Assembly (NCBI GenBank): GCA_030264375.1
Contig: JASCQW010000190.1
Location: 94,235,050-94,295,726, forward strand
Source of the DNA: Carcharhinus longimanus
Lineage: Eukaryota
DNA length: 60,677 nt
Reading direction: 5' to 3'
Part shown: positions 1 through 13,440 of the stretch, piece by piece
Layout of the letters: each line of letters begins with the position of its first letter
How positions within the stretch are numbered: the first letter of the stretch is position 1
Position numbers and translations under genes: made by a program
The notes under the pieces: model-generated
What the model saw: the letters and a program-made list of their open reading frames with translations, nothing else
Told to the model about the DNA's origin: nothing
Databases searched by the model: none

Positions 1-639
1 GGGGGGGGGGGGGGGGTCCGTTCTGCCTATGGAGGAGCAGTCAGGTCAGGTCGGGAGGGTAGTTGAGTCGGGTCAGAACAGTTGGGGCTGTGAAGGGAGG
101 TTGAGTCGAATCAACCTGTATTGGGTTTGCACGAGAGTTGGCGTGTCATATTGGGTTGGGTTGGCTCGGGCATGCAGGGGTAGGGTCAGGGGGAGGCTCA
201 GATTGGATCAGGTCGAGTGGGGCAGGTGTCAGGTCTGCAGGTTGGGGGAGGGCTAAATATCAGGGTGAGTTGGGCCTATGGAAGGGGCCCCCTGTCGGGT
301 ATAGAGGCTGATTTGGGTTGGGTTGGAGGCTGGGTGGTGGCTGGTCCTGTGCAGGCGAGTGGAATTCCATGGAGCTCCAGGGGTGTGGTTAGTTGGGAAT
401 GTGGNNNNNNNNNNGGGAGTCCAGTTTGGAGTGGTGGGTGGGGATGGCTTTGTGGTCTACTTACAATAGCTTCTCAGCAGTTAGAAGAGATTTTAATTCT
501 TGTAAATTTTTCTGATTAACTGCTGATGTAACCTGAAGTTTGCGATTGTTCACAGTGCAGGGAATTTGCCCAGAGGAAGTTTGCAGAGGGAGTTCCGAGA
601 GGGATTCCCCAGTGCTTCTTTAGTGTCAAAAGCTGCAGA

Positions 640-1250
640 CAGGTCCTGAAGGATGAGATAGGAAGCTTCATCACTGTCACAGTTAAATAGAATGTGATTT
701 GTGATGCTGTTTTGGTTATGTGTCACGGTGGAGGTTGTTGGAGGAATGCAAACGTGAAGTCCCAGGAAAGTTGAGCACAGTTAGGGGATTGACACATTCA
801 AGGATTTGGGAAGTGAAAGAGAGGTTGGATTGGAGATGGGATAGTGGTTTGCAAGGTCAGAGGAGTCAAGGAGTGTTTTTTGAGGAGAGTGGTGATGGCG
901 TAGATTTAAAGGAGGGACCTAACCTGATGAAAGGGAACCTCATCAGCTATCCTGGGCCAGGAGGAGAGGCTGGGGATACCAGTAGTGGGAACAGAATCAA
1001 AGGAATGGGCAATGGACAAGGTGAGTTTCGAGAGGACATAAAGAGAGATGGGAGAGAAACTAGAGAAAGATGCGAGCTCATAGCTAAGGAATGGTAGATT
1101 TTACAGGAAATTTGCCTGGTGGGTTAGTGGAAGGGAGAGTGTTGCAGAGGCAACAGACAATGGTCTCAGTCTCAAGTGACTGAGAATTTCATGAGCTCCT
1201 CATACTTACTGTTGGAGGAGAGATAGATGAGATGGGGTCAGGGGTTTGTC
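640..1250 (-). mobile_element. Degenerate L2-clade LINE RT fragment
   Basis: Minus strand gives remnants of the PLLKK..LD...L.NYRPISNL.F.SKILE motif (about 790-900). Confidence 0.55.
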
Positions 1251-1339
1251 AGTGTTAAGTAGCACCTAAATCTTTCTACTTCTATTACTGAGCCTGTCCC
1301 CCACTGCAGAGCATGACTTACGATGAGACTGAATCCGGG

Positions 1340-1993
1340 CCCAGCCTCCCCTCCTCCACTGCAGCCAGGGGTGTTTCACTCCAGTGGGATTTGCAACAGC
1401 TCCTAACTAGCGGGGAGCTGGAGGCCCAACCCAGCTGGAATGAAGCCAAGGAAGCCCACCAGGAGGTCGGGGGTAAGGGAGGTGTCCCCTGGGCAGTGCA
1501 AGCCTGGTCCCCTGGGAGTGCCCAAGAGGCAAAGTAGCAATTCCCAGAGGGCACCTTGGCACTGCCCACTGGGCATCAGGCAGTATCAAGGGGTTGGGCC
1601 CGAGGCCTATAAGGGAGGAGGGATCAGTGGAAATGGGGTGGGGTCCCACTGAAACTCTGCACTCAGCCGTGACAGAGGGAGGGAGGCCGGTGATCGGGGC
1701 TGGCCATTGGGATGGGCATGGGGAATGGGGAATTTGGAAATAGGCTCTGCTGGGGGGTAGGGGGGTAGATTGAGGTGGGCTGGGGGGAAAGGGATGCAGT
1801 GATCAGATGGTGGAGGTGTCGTATAGCCAGTGATCAGGAGGCCAGCAGTGTGGGACTACTGCACATGCACTGATCTCTGCTCTGATAGAACACACATGCA
1901 TAGTGGCCCACCCAGCACTATGCTGCTGGCCTCTCCAGCAGGAACTTTTATGCGAATTCGACACTTAGAATTTTTTGGGGAGAATCCCACCCT
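1340..1993. mobile_element. GC-rich non-autonomous DNA transposon (Harbinger-like MITE family)
   Basis: Internal similarity to 8850-9720 and 21165-22075; ends GGAGAATCCCACCC. Confidence 0.5.
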
Positions 1994-2544
1994 ATACATT
2001 GTTAAACGAGGTCTAACTGGGTTTTAAAGAAATCAACTAAGACCATAGTTACTGCTGAAAAATCTCTCTGACCCTAAAAACCTAATTTTATATTTGTGGA
2101 ATGTCACATTTCTTCACTATGATAAATTTCATATTTTTTTCAAAATATTTTTTACAGAGATTTCTATATAAGAGTCCAGCTTCCAGCTTTTTCTACCAAA
2201 TCATTTGTTTTATCTTCTGCAAAATATCGTTAAAAGTGAAGCATAATCAGTGAATTTTAGTCCCTAGCATTTTGTCTGTAGGAATACTTCAATGTGATTG
2301 GCCACCTACTTTCCTTCACTGTTGTTGAATGCCCAAAGATCCCTTTGACTTGTCGTCAGAATCAAAGTTATGTTGGGAAAGGGGTATCCATGTCATAGAG
2401 ATTCCTTGGTTTTGGGAGCAGCTTTCTTCAAGACCAGAGATAAGCAATGAATCTTTGTTACTGGCCACAAAGTCAGAATTATTCTTTTATATTGGCCCTG
2501 GGAGTGGGCAAACATAAAAGTGTGACTGAGCGGGGGGGGGGGCT

Positions 2545-2990
2545 CATCTAAGGCAGAAAGCTGTGGATTTAAGCCCCATTTTAGGGAATTGAGCCTATAC
2601 TCTGGCCTGACACGTCCATGCAATGCTGATAGGGTGCTGCAGTGTCAGAGATGCAATCTTTCAACTACACTGGTAACGAGAAGCCTTTTCAGCTATCTCA
2701 GTAGGAGTGTAACAGGTCTCAGTACGCTATTCATTGAAAAGCAAGAAAAGTATCAGGATCATCATTTAGCTTTCAACCAACATCAGAGATTTCCTGATCA
2801 TTTCTCCTTGCTGTTTATGGGATCTTGCAACTTGCAGATTCCCTGCTGACTTTCCCTATCTTTTTTGGTCCAACAATTAGGCCCCCTGCTGTCATGACAA
2901 AATTATAACAGTTCAAAAAATAATTAATTGGCTGTGAAATTCTTTAGAATGTTCTAAGATCATAAAAGGGACCATGTAACTGCAAATTAT
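2545..2990 (+). mobile_element. DeuSINE (SacSINE1/AmnSINE-like), old copy
   Basis: Deu-domain-like TTGCTGTTTATGGGATCTTGC and tail ATTGGCTGTGAAA..; related copies near 7860-8160, 8170-8410, 6420-6560 (-) and 44585-44950 (-). Confidence 0.5.
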
Positions 2991-3213
2991 CAAGTTTTAA
3001 CTCATTACCACCAATATATTTCCAGATGTTTCTGCCACAAAATTGGCAAAATCTGTTTTCCTCCCTATTTTTGTGGAAAACTCTAAAATTTTTCATTTCA
3101 TAAAATCATTCAGCAAAGCAGGTGACCATTTGGCACATACTCTCTGTAACAGTTCTTCCAGCTACCATAATGACTTTGAACTCTGTAAATCTCTACTTAA
3201 CATAAAGTGAAGT

Positions 3214-3478
3214 AAATGTTTAGTTATTAGTGACAACCAAGGCTTACATTAACACTGCAATGGAATTACAATGAAATTCCCCTAGTCGCCACACTCCAGC
3301 ACCTGTTTGATTCAGTGCACAATCAGACTGTGGGAGGAAACCAGACCACTTGGAGGAAACCCACACAGACACAAGGAGAATGTGCAAACTCAACATAGAC
3401 AGTGGCCCAAGCCGGGAATCAAACCCAAGACCCTGGTGCTGTGAGGCTTCATTGCTAAGCTCTGTGCTACCAGGCCAC
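3214..3478 (-). mobile_element. HE1-like tRNA-derived V-SINE (internally deleted)
   Basis: V-domain GGTTTCCTCCCACAGTC and tail ..CATTGCAGTGTTAATGTAAGCC. Confidence 0.8.
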
Positions 3479-3561
3479 TCCACTGGTCTAAGGAAACCAA
3501 CTGCACCCCATCCTGGTGGTAAATCTTCTCTCCATAGTCTTTACATCCTAAGTTTAAGGTT

Positions 3562-3841
3562 AAAAGTCCATTTATTAGTCACAAGTAAGGCATACATTAA
3601 CACTGCAATGAAATTACTGTGAAAATCTGCTTGTTGCCACATTCCGGCACCTGTTTGGGTCAATGCGCCTAACCAACACATATTTCAGAATGTGGGAGGA
3701 AACCGGAGCACCTGGAGGAAACCCACGCAGACACAAGGAGAACGTGCAAAGTTCACACAGACAGTGACCCAAGCCGTGATTTGAACCCAGGCCCCTGTCA
3801 TGTGAGGCAGCAGTACTAACCACTGTGCCACCGTGCCATCC
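3562..3841 (-). mobile_element. HE1-like tRNA-derived V-SINE
   Basis: Head GGCACGGTGGCACAGTGGTTAGTACTGCTGCCTCAC with A/B boxes; V-domain. Confidence 0.85.
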
Positions 3842-5397
3842 TTATTTGGAGCATTCATGTTGAAGTCCAGTGTGTCATGTGAGTGGAGTGTCCAAGTCTC
3901 CAAAATGGTATACATGCTCATCTCCAGCCACCTTGGAAGATCCAGGCCAACACTCAGATTGCTCAAAGCATCTTGCACAAAGATTCACAAAATGAAATGT
4001 CTCTATTCTTAACAACAACAAAATGCATTAAAAGTTTAGCCCATTATTAAAATATATTGGGCCAAATGTTCCTGAAAAAATAACAGTGTATTAGTGACAT
4101 ATGCCGTTATTAACATGCAAGCATGGTCAGGGAGTGAACAAATACGGTGTGAGTTGCAAATCTTCATATTGTGCTTGTTGATTTACACTGCTCTGCTGTT
4201 TGCCTTGCGAAAACAACTCCTCTCTCTTAACTTCCCCAATATTTATTTTCAGAAATGAATGCATCTGCACATTAATTTCCCTTTAAACTCACCACAGAAT
4301 GTTTAGGTTGATAGTTCACAGTGTAAGTATCCTTTCAACAGCATAATCTTCGCCTAATACAATAAAAATCAAACTGGCACAGAAGAGGATTGATTTAAAT
4401 CTCAGTAGTAAAGTCTTCATCGAAATGTCATTTTAATTTTTCTTTTTCTCTTTGGTGCTTTTTTTTCTCTCACTCAGTTCAATCCTTCTTTCCCTCTCAT
4501 TATTTGGCTTTCAGTGCATGATTTGAATTTAAATCACAATGTTTCTCTTTTGTTTTTGTTTCTTTTTTAGTCCTCAATAGTGAAGAACTAATCAATCCTG
4601 TCGATCTTGTCATTCCCGAAGATTCCAGATTCCCCCATCGACCTGGCTATGCCATTTATCAGCCCATGTTGCCAGCAAATTATGGGGAGAAATATCTTCA
4701 GGCTAAAGGCTGCAGGAAAAGATCTAACTAACGGGGCATGCTACAAGATACCACACTCCAGCAAGGTTTGTTTGACATACCTTTTTTTATTTCCAGTCAT
4801 CTGTTGATTTAATTTTTAAAAATTGTCTGTTTGAACAGTGGAAACTGATTGTTTTGGCTCAGTGAAAATACACATTGTAATTGGAACCACAACCATATAG
4901 ACACCTGTATAGAATGCCTACTATAAAAAGCACCCTTAATATAGCATGCTCTGATACCATATCGATCATTCACAGCTCTGCAAGAGGATTGCATATAAAA
5001 GCCTTCCATGTAAGAGATAGGCAATTACAATCATGCCTGCAGCCCATGCATACATGAAGTCTGAATTTTAGGTAAGAACTAAATTAATGTTCATTGAAAA
5101 CATTCATTTTCACTTTAATATTCTTTGGATAAATTGGCATTTTTTTTTAGAAATTATGAATAAATTCTAACATGTTTATAAAAGGGTTTAACACCAATTT
5201 CCCCATTACTCTATAATTATGAAATGATGGCAATCCGGATTACTGCTTCCTGAATTATTGTCCTTTAAACATAATACCCATTTATTCATAAAGTATAAGC
5301 TATTTTACACTTGAAAGACTCCAGTCCTGAACCCATCATGCTGACAACTTAGGGGAAAAAGTGTGAAACTGAAAAAGCTGAACACAAAGAAACTCAC

Positions 5398-5446
5398 CCG
5401 ACAAACCCCCGCCAATGATTATCACGTCTTGTTTTCCACTGGACAT
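5398..5446 (-). CDS. First coding exon of a flavin-containing monoamine oxidase (MAO)-like gene; remainder not found, presumably beyond window start
   Basis: Reads MSSGKQDVIIIGGGLS-G, then a perfect GTGAGT donor (phase 1). A at -3 and an in-frame upstream TAA. This is the FAD-binding GxGxxG start, with the intron at the position of MAOA/MAOB intron 1 (MAOB MSNKCDVVVVGGGIS-G). Only 16 codons are available. Confidence 0.7.
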
Positions 5447-6725
5447 TTTCACCTTATCAGCTTACACCTGCCTTTTGCGTAGATGACCTTCGATGTGGCT
5501 GCTTGCTGATTTCTGTTCTCTTTGTACAACTTGGTGGCGTTTGGCTCTAGGCTGCAACTAAATCAACCAGTGTTTGTTTGTATGGTCTGAGCTGCACCTG
5601 TTCATGCTTTAGACTGCCTGACACGGATGTACCTCTTTTATCACAGTGTGATGTCTCCTGCTCAGGAGGAGGGACCACTAACAAGATGGTTCTAGGTTAT
5701 GCATTCAATTCTTCGAGCGAAGAATCAAAAATGGAAATCTGATGTGGACAGATACAAATAAGAGCATCACATTTGAAAACAGAGAAAGGATAAAACAGAA
5801 ATATTGAATTACTTTACTCAGAGCTGTTAATTAAACCATATTCTGAGGTTCTTTAGTGGCCTGCATTTCGGATCACAGTGTTGAGCAGCTTAATGATTTA
5901 TTATTACTATCTAAGTTAATTCATCTATTGTAGGGATAGAAACCAGACATATTTATGTTTTATTGGCAAGAATCAACATATGTCTCAAAAGTTCCATGGC
6001 TGCGAGTATATGCTAGCTATATTCCAATAACACTACGTCGACCATTTTTAATAACTGTGTCATTTTATCTTCTCAGGTTGGTTTTATTTTTCTGGAAACA
6101 TGGAATCAGCTATTGTAAAGTATTTTTTCTTTTCACAGGGAACCAGTTGATAGACCCAATGAACATCGAGATGTTACAGCGCAGTATTACCAATTCATAT
6201 TATTATTTGAGTCAGCCAATAATATGTAAGTTGAATCTCAAAGATGATCAAAGGATGGTACAGTAAAAAACATTCATTGACACTGAAATTTTCAAAATTA
6301 CTTGTCCTGCATATTTATTACCATGTCCAACTGGGAATCAAAGATACTCTAGGGGGGAGCACATTGAAAGAGGGAAGTGAAAAAAATGGAAAATTATGAG
6401 TGAACTAAATTCCAAAACTTTAGTATGCCATCTGTCATTCCAAAGTACTTTACAATCAACTGATTACTTTTTAAGTGAAGTCACTGTTGTGCTGTAGGTA
6501 AACATAGCAGCCAATTTGCATGTAGCAAATGATCTGTTGGGATAAATTATAGGACAATCAGGACCCAATTTTAACTCTGTGGATGGGATTTTACAGTCTC
6601 ACGCAGACAAGACCGGAAATTCCTACCCAAGATCAACAGAGATTTCTGTTGCCGGACCCTTGCCCGCGCTGATTCTATGGTGGGCAAGGTGGAAAAGTTC
6701 CGATCTCAGTTTGTGAATGGATTTT

Positions 6726-7125
6726 GGGCAGCACATGGCACAGTAGTTAACATTGCTGCCTCACAGTGCCAGGGACCCAGGTTCAATTCCATCCTTGGAT
6801 CACTTTCTGTGTGGAGTTTGCACATTGCACAAAGTGGAACTGATCCACTTCAGATCAGCCACGATCTTATTGAATGGAGGGGCAGGCTCGAAGGGCTAGA
6901 TGGCCTACTCCTGCTCCTATTTCTTATGTTCTTATGTTCTTATTCTCCCCATGTCTGGGGAGAATTTCCTTCAGCTGCTCCGGTTTCCTCCCACAGTCCA
7001 AAGGTAAGCTAAATTGATTCTAGTGTCACGGGGATTAGCAGGCTAAGTATGTAGCATTGCGGGAATACAGCCTGAGCGGGATTGTGGTCAGTACAGACTT
7101 AATGGGCAGAAGGGTCTCCTTCAGA
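6726..7125 (+). mobile_element. HE1-like V-SINE with a nested CR1 3' tail (about 6827-6941)
   Basis: SINE split at CACATT|CTCCCC by a CR1 tail ending (TTCTTATG)n. Confidence 0.8.
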
Positions 7126-8849
7126 ATTTAATCTAGGAATTTTGTGGATTTTCTGATTGTGAGTGATTTAAAATCAGACCCAGCGGGATACTCCAGGATC
7201 ATACTGAGTTGGATTTTTCAGTCAACACTGTTATGATGGCTCTCACTGCTGACCTGAGGAAAGCTGCCCACCTAGATTTGGCAATCTCTGTGGCACAGAG
7301 CTCCCCATGACCAGTGTCAGATTGAATCATGTACCAAATCAAAGGGATCTCCAGGCATCCCACTGCAATGAAATCACCAAGCAGGGTTAGTAGCCAAATA
7401 TTCTTACTGACAGCAAACTGTTAAGTAAAAATCACTGAATCTATTCACGTTCAATTTTTAGATTGCAAGATGTCAAAAAAAGGGACACAGATGGGATTAA
7501 AAGAGAAGCTAAAATATCAGAAATTTTAAGAATGGAATTTCTTCCATAATGGAGAAAACTGAAGTTCTAAAAATAAAAAAAAATGCTCTTTCAGGTAATG
7601 TAATTATCAACTTAGTAAATCAAATTAGATTAACTTTATCAAAGGTTTCTTAATGGCTCTTAGAGTGGAATTTCAAATTAGTTCAATGGTATCAAATTAA
7701 CTGCATTTTGGAGGGACTTCAATAAGACATTCTTAAGAGAAGCAAATGATGACGAGTGCTGATAAATTCACTACAAAATCAGAATGTAAAATCAGGCTGA
7801 AATCTAGGCAGACCTTTCAGTGAAGCAACAAGGGAATGGTATTGGTGTTTTATTTTAGATGGGAGATTAAATGGTGACGCAGTCTACTCTCAACTTGACG
7901 TTAAAGACCTCATGGTACTGTTTGAAAAGAGCAAGGGAGTTCTCCCAGTGGCCTGACCAACATTTGTCTCTGAATCAATAATATTTAGATTACCTGACCG
8001 TTTATCTCATTGCTGTTTGTGGTATCTTGCTGTGTAATAATTTCTTACTACATGTATCCATACAATAACTGCAATAATGCTTCAAATGTACTTCTTTGGC
8101 TGTAAAACTCTTTGGGAAATCCTGAGGTTGTGAAAGGCATCATATAAATTCTGGTTCTCAAATGTATTCATAAGTCAATGCCCCGCTACTTGAGCACATG
8201 GTTATGAGTCTATGGTGCTATTAAAAGAAGAGCAAAGTTATCCAGCATCCTGACATACAATTGCTCCCTCAACATGCTCAAAGGTAATATCAGGTCATAA
8301 TCTACCCTTTGTGTGACCTTGCTTTGCGCAAATTAAAAGCCATATTCTGCTGCAATTGATCAGACTTCAGAATAAATTAACTAGTTGTGGAGTTCTTTAG
8401 GAACTGGTAATTTATGTAAATATGTTTGTTCTTCCCCTTACCAGTTATAAAAAATGAATAAATTCAATGTATGCTTGTAACATGATGTGGTTGGATAAAC
8501 AATTCCACATGTTGTATCTTGGTAGGATTGGCTGCAAAGTGATTGTTGAGACATGGATATTGCTAAACAATAGCTTTTTTTTATATGTAACAGAACTATA
8601 TAGATATACATAACTAGATGCTACTGTGAAAGTTAAAACATTCTTCCACTTGGTTATGTGTCTCCTACATCATCATCATTATAGACAGTGCTGTTTATAC
8701 AGTTTCACATATTAACCTGTCTCCCTCAAGTCTTTGTCCAATTATACTTTTACTAGCCCATCTCACATCCTAAATCTCTGACTTTGTAGATTCAGTTGGT
8801 CAAGAGGCTTCATAACTCTCCCTGAACATTATCTTGTCAGACTTGTATT

Positions 8850-9722
8850 GCGTGATTTTCCCAGCACTGCTCAGATAAGACCGAGAAATGTCAGTAAGGG
8901 GTCTTTTGCGGCATTCCCAGGCTATTTTTTAAAAATGTAATCAGACTCATGCTGGAAATCAGTGTGAGGCTGATATCCATGTTGAAATTAAACTTTCAAT
9001 ATCATTAGTGATCCCGGGATGGTATTGTCCAGACTTGCCAATGTTTCCCCCCCATTGCAAGAGAGATTCCTCCTCATCAATGGGTACCAGCTATGATGGC
9101 CTCACTGGTGAGGACAGGGGCCATTAAGACCACCTGGAGGGTAGGGAATTATGGGGGTGGGGGAGGCAGGAGGTGCCCCTTGGGCAGTGCCAGCTTGTCA
9201 CCCTGGGACTATCGACCAGGTATTGGGCAGTGGCAGCCTGGCACCCTGGGACCTTGACCGGGCACTGGGCAGTGGCAAGGGGGTGGGACTGACTATGGGG
9301 AGCAATCAGTGGTGGTGGTGGATGGTCCGCTGCACACTCTACATTAGGGATTGGCGAGGAGGGAGGAGGAGCCGATCGGGTTTGACCATTGTTGGGGGCT
9401 AGGGGTCGCCCAGGGAGGCCAGCAATCAGGGAGGGGGCTGTTGTGAGCTGGCAGTTGGCGGGAGGGTTAGGGAAAATACCGGGAGGCTGGCAACTGGGGA
9501 GGAGGCAGTCCGCATGCACCAATCTCTTATTGACAGATTGGCACGTGAGCAGTAGCCTGCTCAGTGCGTTGTGCTGGCCTCTTGGGTGGAATTAGAACCC
9601 ACCCTGCCCTCCCTTACTGGTGTGAAGCTCCTAACGAACTCTGTTGACCACAGAGTGCCGGAAATTCATTCAACTTTTCCTGCACATTATGTACTTAGTT
9701 ACTTTTTGAGAAAATTGCCCCC
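8850..9722. mobile_element. GC-rich Harbinger-like MITE family copy
   Basis: Ends GCGTGATTTTC / GAAAATTGCCC (imperfect TIRs); body similar to 1340-1993. Confidence 0.5.
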
Positions 9723-11259
9723 ATAAAATCTGTAGTCTCTCTGAACTTTTTCTTAACTTGGTAAGGCTTCATTGAGGGTTGCAGTATCTCATTCTTTGTC
9801 AATTTCTGATTCAACATCTGGTTCTTCCTCACGTACAACTAATGATTGCTTTTGAGGAATAAAGACAAGATTCCTCCTGTTTCTTTATTTAGTACCTGCT
9901 GAAATATGTACTAAATAAGATCTCTGTTGATTTTCATCTCTGGATTGATACTCCTTTTCTGCTTTATTTTGATCTAGACTCAATCCTTTTCTTCCTCTCT
10001 TTGCTTTTATGCTTTCTCAATCACTTGTCTCTCTGCCTTGGATGGATTTTATAGGTTTATCCCTCCATGCATTTCACATGCTCCCTCTCCTTGTGTGTTA
10101 AGGTGGTTCACTTGAATGGTCTTTTCTGTCTTTCCTTATTTCTGGAGTGATGAGTCCTTGTGGTCACTCATTCTCAAACTCAGATAATCTAGGAAGACTA
10201 TAAAAAATTGTTTTGGTAGATTGGGCAGTTGTGAGAAAACCACTTGATCAATACTTAGTTTCCCTTGAAATCCAGCAGACCTGGTGTAGCAGTAAAGTTA
10301 CTATCTTCCAACATAGAAAAGGCAGACATTGCATGTCTTGTTGACCTGTAAAGTTTTTACTTCAGCACGACTTCCCCAAAGCACCAAATCTTTTGCAGAG
10401 AAAGCATTCTTCAGTATTTGCAGGACACTGTTCCTGTCTATGGATTTTTTTGGTGTCATGGCACTGGCAGGTAAAAAGGCATCCTACACTTTTTGTCCAA
10501 ATTATTGCTTCTTCCCAGATGTTTCATATGTATTCCTATGCTAAGGTACTGTACTGGAGGTTTCCTGAGCCAAGCTTTTTCATCTCTCACTGTTGCCCTG
10601 TTCTGTTTACAGATCACTGTTTGTCTCAGGGTAGCACAGCGAAGCAAGTGGTTAGCGCTGCTGCCTCACAGCTCCAGCAACCGTGATCAAATTTGAATCA
10701 ACTTCAAAGGTCATAAAAATTCACACAATTAAGATGAATGATGCCTGAATTATGAGCATTGTTCCCCAAGTAATCACAGTGGATTTATTTTAAAGACAGG
10801 AACATACCAAATAAAATATTATTTATCTACTAAAACTTAAATGTGTGTATGTCCCTTTTGTGCCTACAAGTCTAACTGCTGCTATGTATTGCTCTTCAGA
10901 CTGGAAATCTACATCCTAGACTTTGAAGACAATCTGGAGTCTTCAGCCCTTTGTTTTTGGTTCTGGAGACATTGCCTGTTCTTTAAAAATTACTCTTTCT
11001 GTCTGATTAGAAATAATGATGTGTGGTGAATAGTACGTGCATTGGTATGTTTTTATATTACAAATAAGTTCCAAGCGTTAATGCTCCAAGGAATCAGTTG
11101 TAAACTGTACAAAATAACATCAAGACAAATGACTCGATGAATAAGTCAAATCATGACTTTAAACAAGCCTTTTTTAAGATTCAATGAACATGTACATATG
11201 GAAAATATTTAAGGCAGCAAATGCTTTTATACCTTATGTCAGATCAATAGAAAGCAGGT

Positions 11260-11265
11260 TTTATT
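11260..11265 (-). terminator. Probable distal polyadenylation signal of BRCC3 (others near 11902 and 12084)
   Basis: AATAAA on the minus strand ~1.45 kb after the stop, at the end of an AT-rich UTR-like stretch. Confidence 0.45.
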
Positions 11266-12719
11266 CTTAATACTATTTAATTACAAATTACATTTTAAAT
11301 ACAAATATCAATTTATCCCATAACCATATCAGTGCATATCTAAACTGAAGGCTACAAGGCTGCTTTGGTTGATCTATAGAGGTCAGTCCACCTTACCAAA
11401 AATCACAAATGGGAAGTTAGTGCAATGATAGTAAGCAAGTCAAAATTTTTATTATCCATGGAAACTACAACTTGGCAAGAAGTGCAGCACCAGTCATTGT
11501 GGGATATGTGTAAACTATTTCTACAAAGTACTAATTCAAATCCTATAGAAACTTTCAGTGCATTTCAGACTGAATTGTGGCTGTATCATCTAACAGCTCA
11601 TCAGATGTATATTAATAACTAAGTGTATTCAGATTGAGCTCGAATACCAATGAATGAAGTAATTCAAATTACGCTTCAGATTTCAGGAAAAAAAGGCACA
11701 TTCAAAACTGTTTAAACATGATAGTAGATTGCAAAGTGGTCCTGTCACAACGTAAGCCAAGCTATGTAGCTTTGTTGCAAGTCAATGATTTCCCTTCTCA
11801 TCAGAAACAGAGAAATAGTCTATGTGCAATTTACTTGTCCCTCTTCCCATAGCTCCTGTAATTCCTTTCCTTTCAGAGGTGATGAAAAAAACTGGCCCTT
11901 CTTTATTGAAATTCCAGGATCTGCTTTTTGTCTAAGGTAATGGTCCACTTAGACGTCACAGGATAAAGGGGCCAAAGTGTTGAATTACTCAATATAATGC
12001 TGACTGGTGATGTGTTGACCGTCTGCTCCAGATCTCATACCATTGTAAATATATCTGGAGTTGAGACACAGAATTTTGTCCACTTTATTCACTAAATCCA
12101 TTCTCAGGGAGAATAGTGAAAAATAAACAGTCTATCCTCCTTAGTTGTAGCTGAATCTTGTGGCTTTGAAAGATTTGTTCTCCAGTATCCGCCAGTTCTA
12201 ACATTTTCCAACATCTGGCACGTATAAAAAGATCAGAACATCTACTGGCTAACAACTGTCTGATATGCAGGCAAATAAAAACACAAGCAGCCATTGTTTT
12301 GTTGACAAATTTATCAAACAGTCAACAATTGTTTTCTTGGTTTGAGAAATAATATTGATTAAACCAACATCTAACACCACATTGTGCAACTGAAAAGATA
12401 ATTAAAACATTGATAGAAAACTTGTTAATACAACAACTTTATGTAAATAGCGCCACCCAATTCAGTGCTGGACTCTTGAAATGTAGACTCCTAAGTCCAA
12501 TAATGATTGAAACAGTCCCCCTTTGACACAAAAGCCAACCAAAGCTGCAAAGTGCCTGCTTCCATTTGTTTGGGCATTAGATTGGCTTGATAAGCAAGAT
12601 GAAGGGTAAAAGAAAAGGGGATCTTGGTTGCAGTCCAATAGCTTCCTTGTTCATCAGTAACCAAAGAGTAATGTGTGTGCAATTTCCTGTCCCTCTTTCC
12701 AAAGCTCCTATGGCTCCTT

Positions 12720-12871
12720 TCACTTTAAGGCTGCTAGTTCCTGGAGGAGCTGTTCTTTCTCCCGCTGAAGTTCCAGGATGTGCTGTTTGTTCTGATCTAG
12801 GCGATCCTCCAGCCATTGCAGCAGAGGACCACTAATGGATGACATCTGGCTACACAGATTCTTCGTGAAAA
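12720..12871 (-). CDS. BRCC3: BRCC3 coding exon 8 (last)
   Basis: tctag acceptor; (V)FTKNLCSQMSSISGPLLQWLEDRLDQNKQHILELQREKEQLLQELAALK*; C-terminal coiled coil of BRCC36. Confidence 0.96.
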
Positions 12872-13440
12872 CTAGACATAAAAGATGAAAAGTCAGTCAA
12901 GAAATTTTAAAACCACATAGGGTATATTTCATGAGTGAATATTTTTGTACTGACAATATGCTAACAAATGTATAACTAATTCAGAGAAAATAAGTGTTAC
13001 AAATAGAATTCTAAAGCAATGTATGTCTCACCCTAAATTTAGCTCATTCTTACTTAAAAAAATGTTTAGAATTACACCGATGGAGTGATTTTTCACATTT
13101 TGTAAATGTCAGGTCAAAGAGCTCAATCATACTTTGTACCATTTATTTTAATTGGATCTATAATTTTACACAAAAATGGGAACATTACAGTAAAATACTG
13201 CTTCCCCATCCTCTTATTCTCATTTAATTCATCTGGTGGTATTTAATAATAGGATTGCTTCTGAGATGGCACTTTCCAGTTTAAGGTGCGTCACACCATA
13301 TGTCCAACAGCAGATAGTGAGAAAGTTTGCTAAATATCAGACTTCTCAAACAGATTTGGAAACCCTTTTCTCTGTTTTAAACTAACTTAAAGATAACTTC
13401 TGTAACACTGCCCTTTAAAAGCAAATACTCTATTGTATGA

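Noticed and set aside
1-450. G-rich GGGTC(A/G)GG-like tract as telomeric or functional repeat
   Set aside because: Irregular, no TTAGGG, starts in a poly-G run and contains a small gap; likely low-complexity repeat interior.
5500-11200. VBP1 expected downstream of BRCC3 from human synteny
   Set aside because: No prefoldin-3-like exon or CpG promoter was recognised; a MAO-like exon is found instead. VBP1 may lie outside the window.
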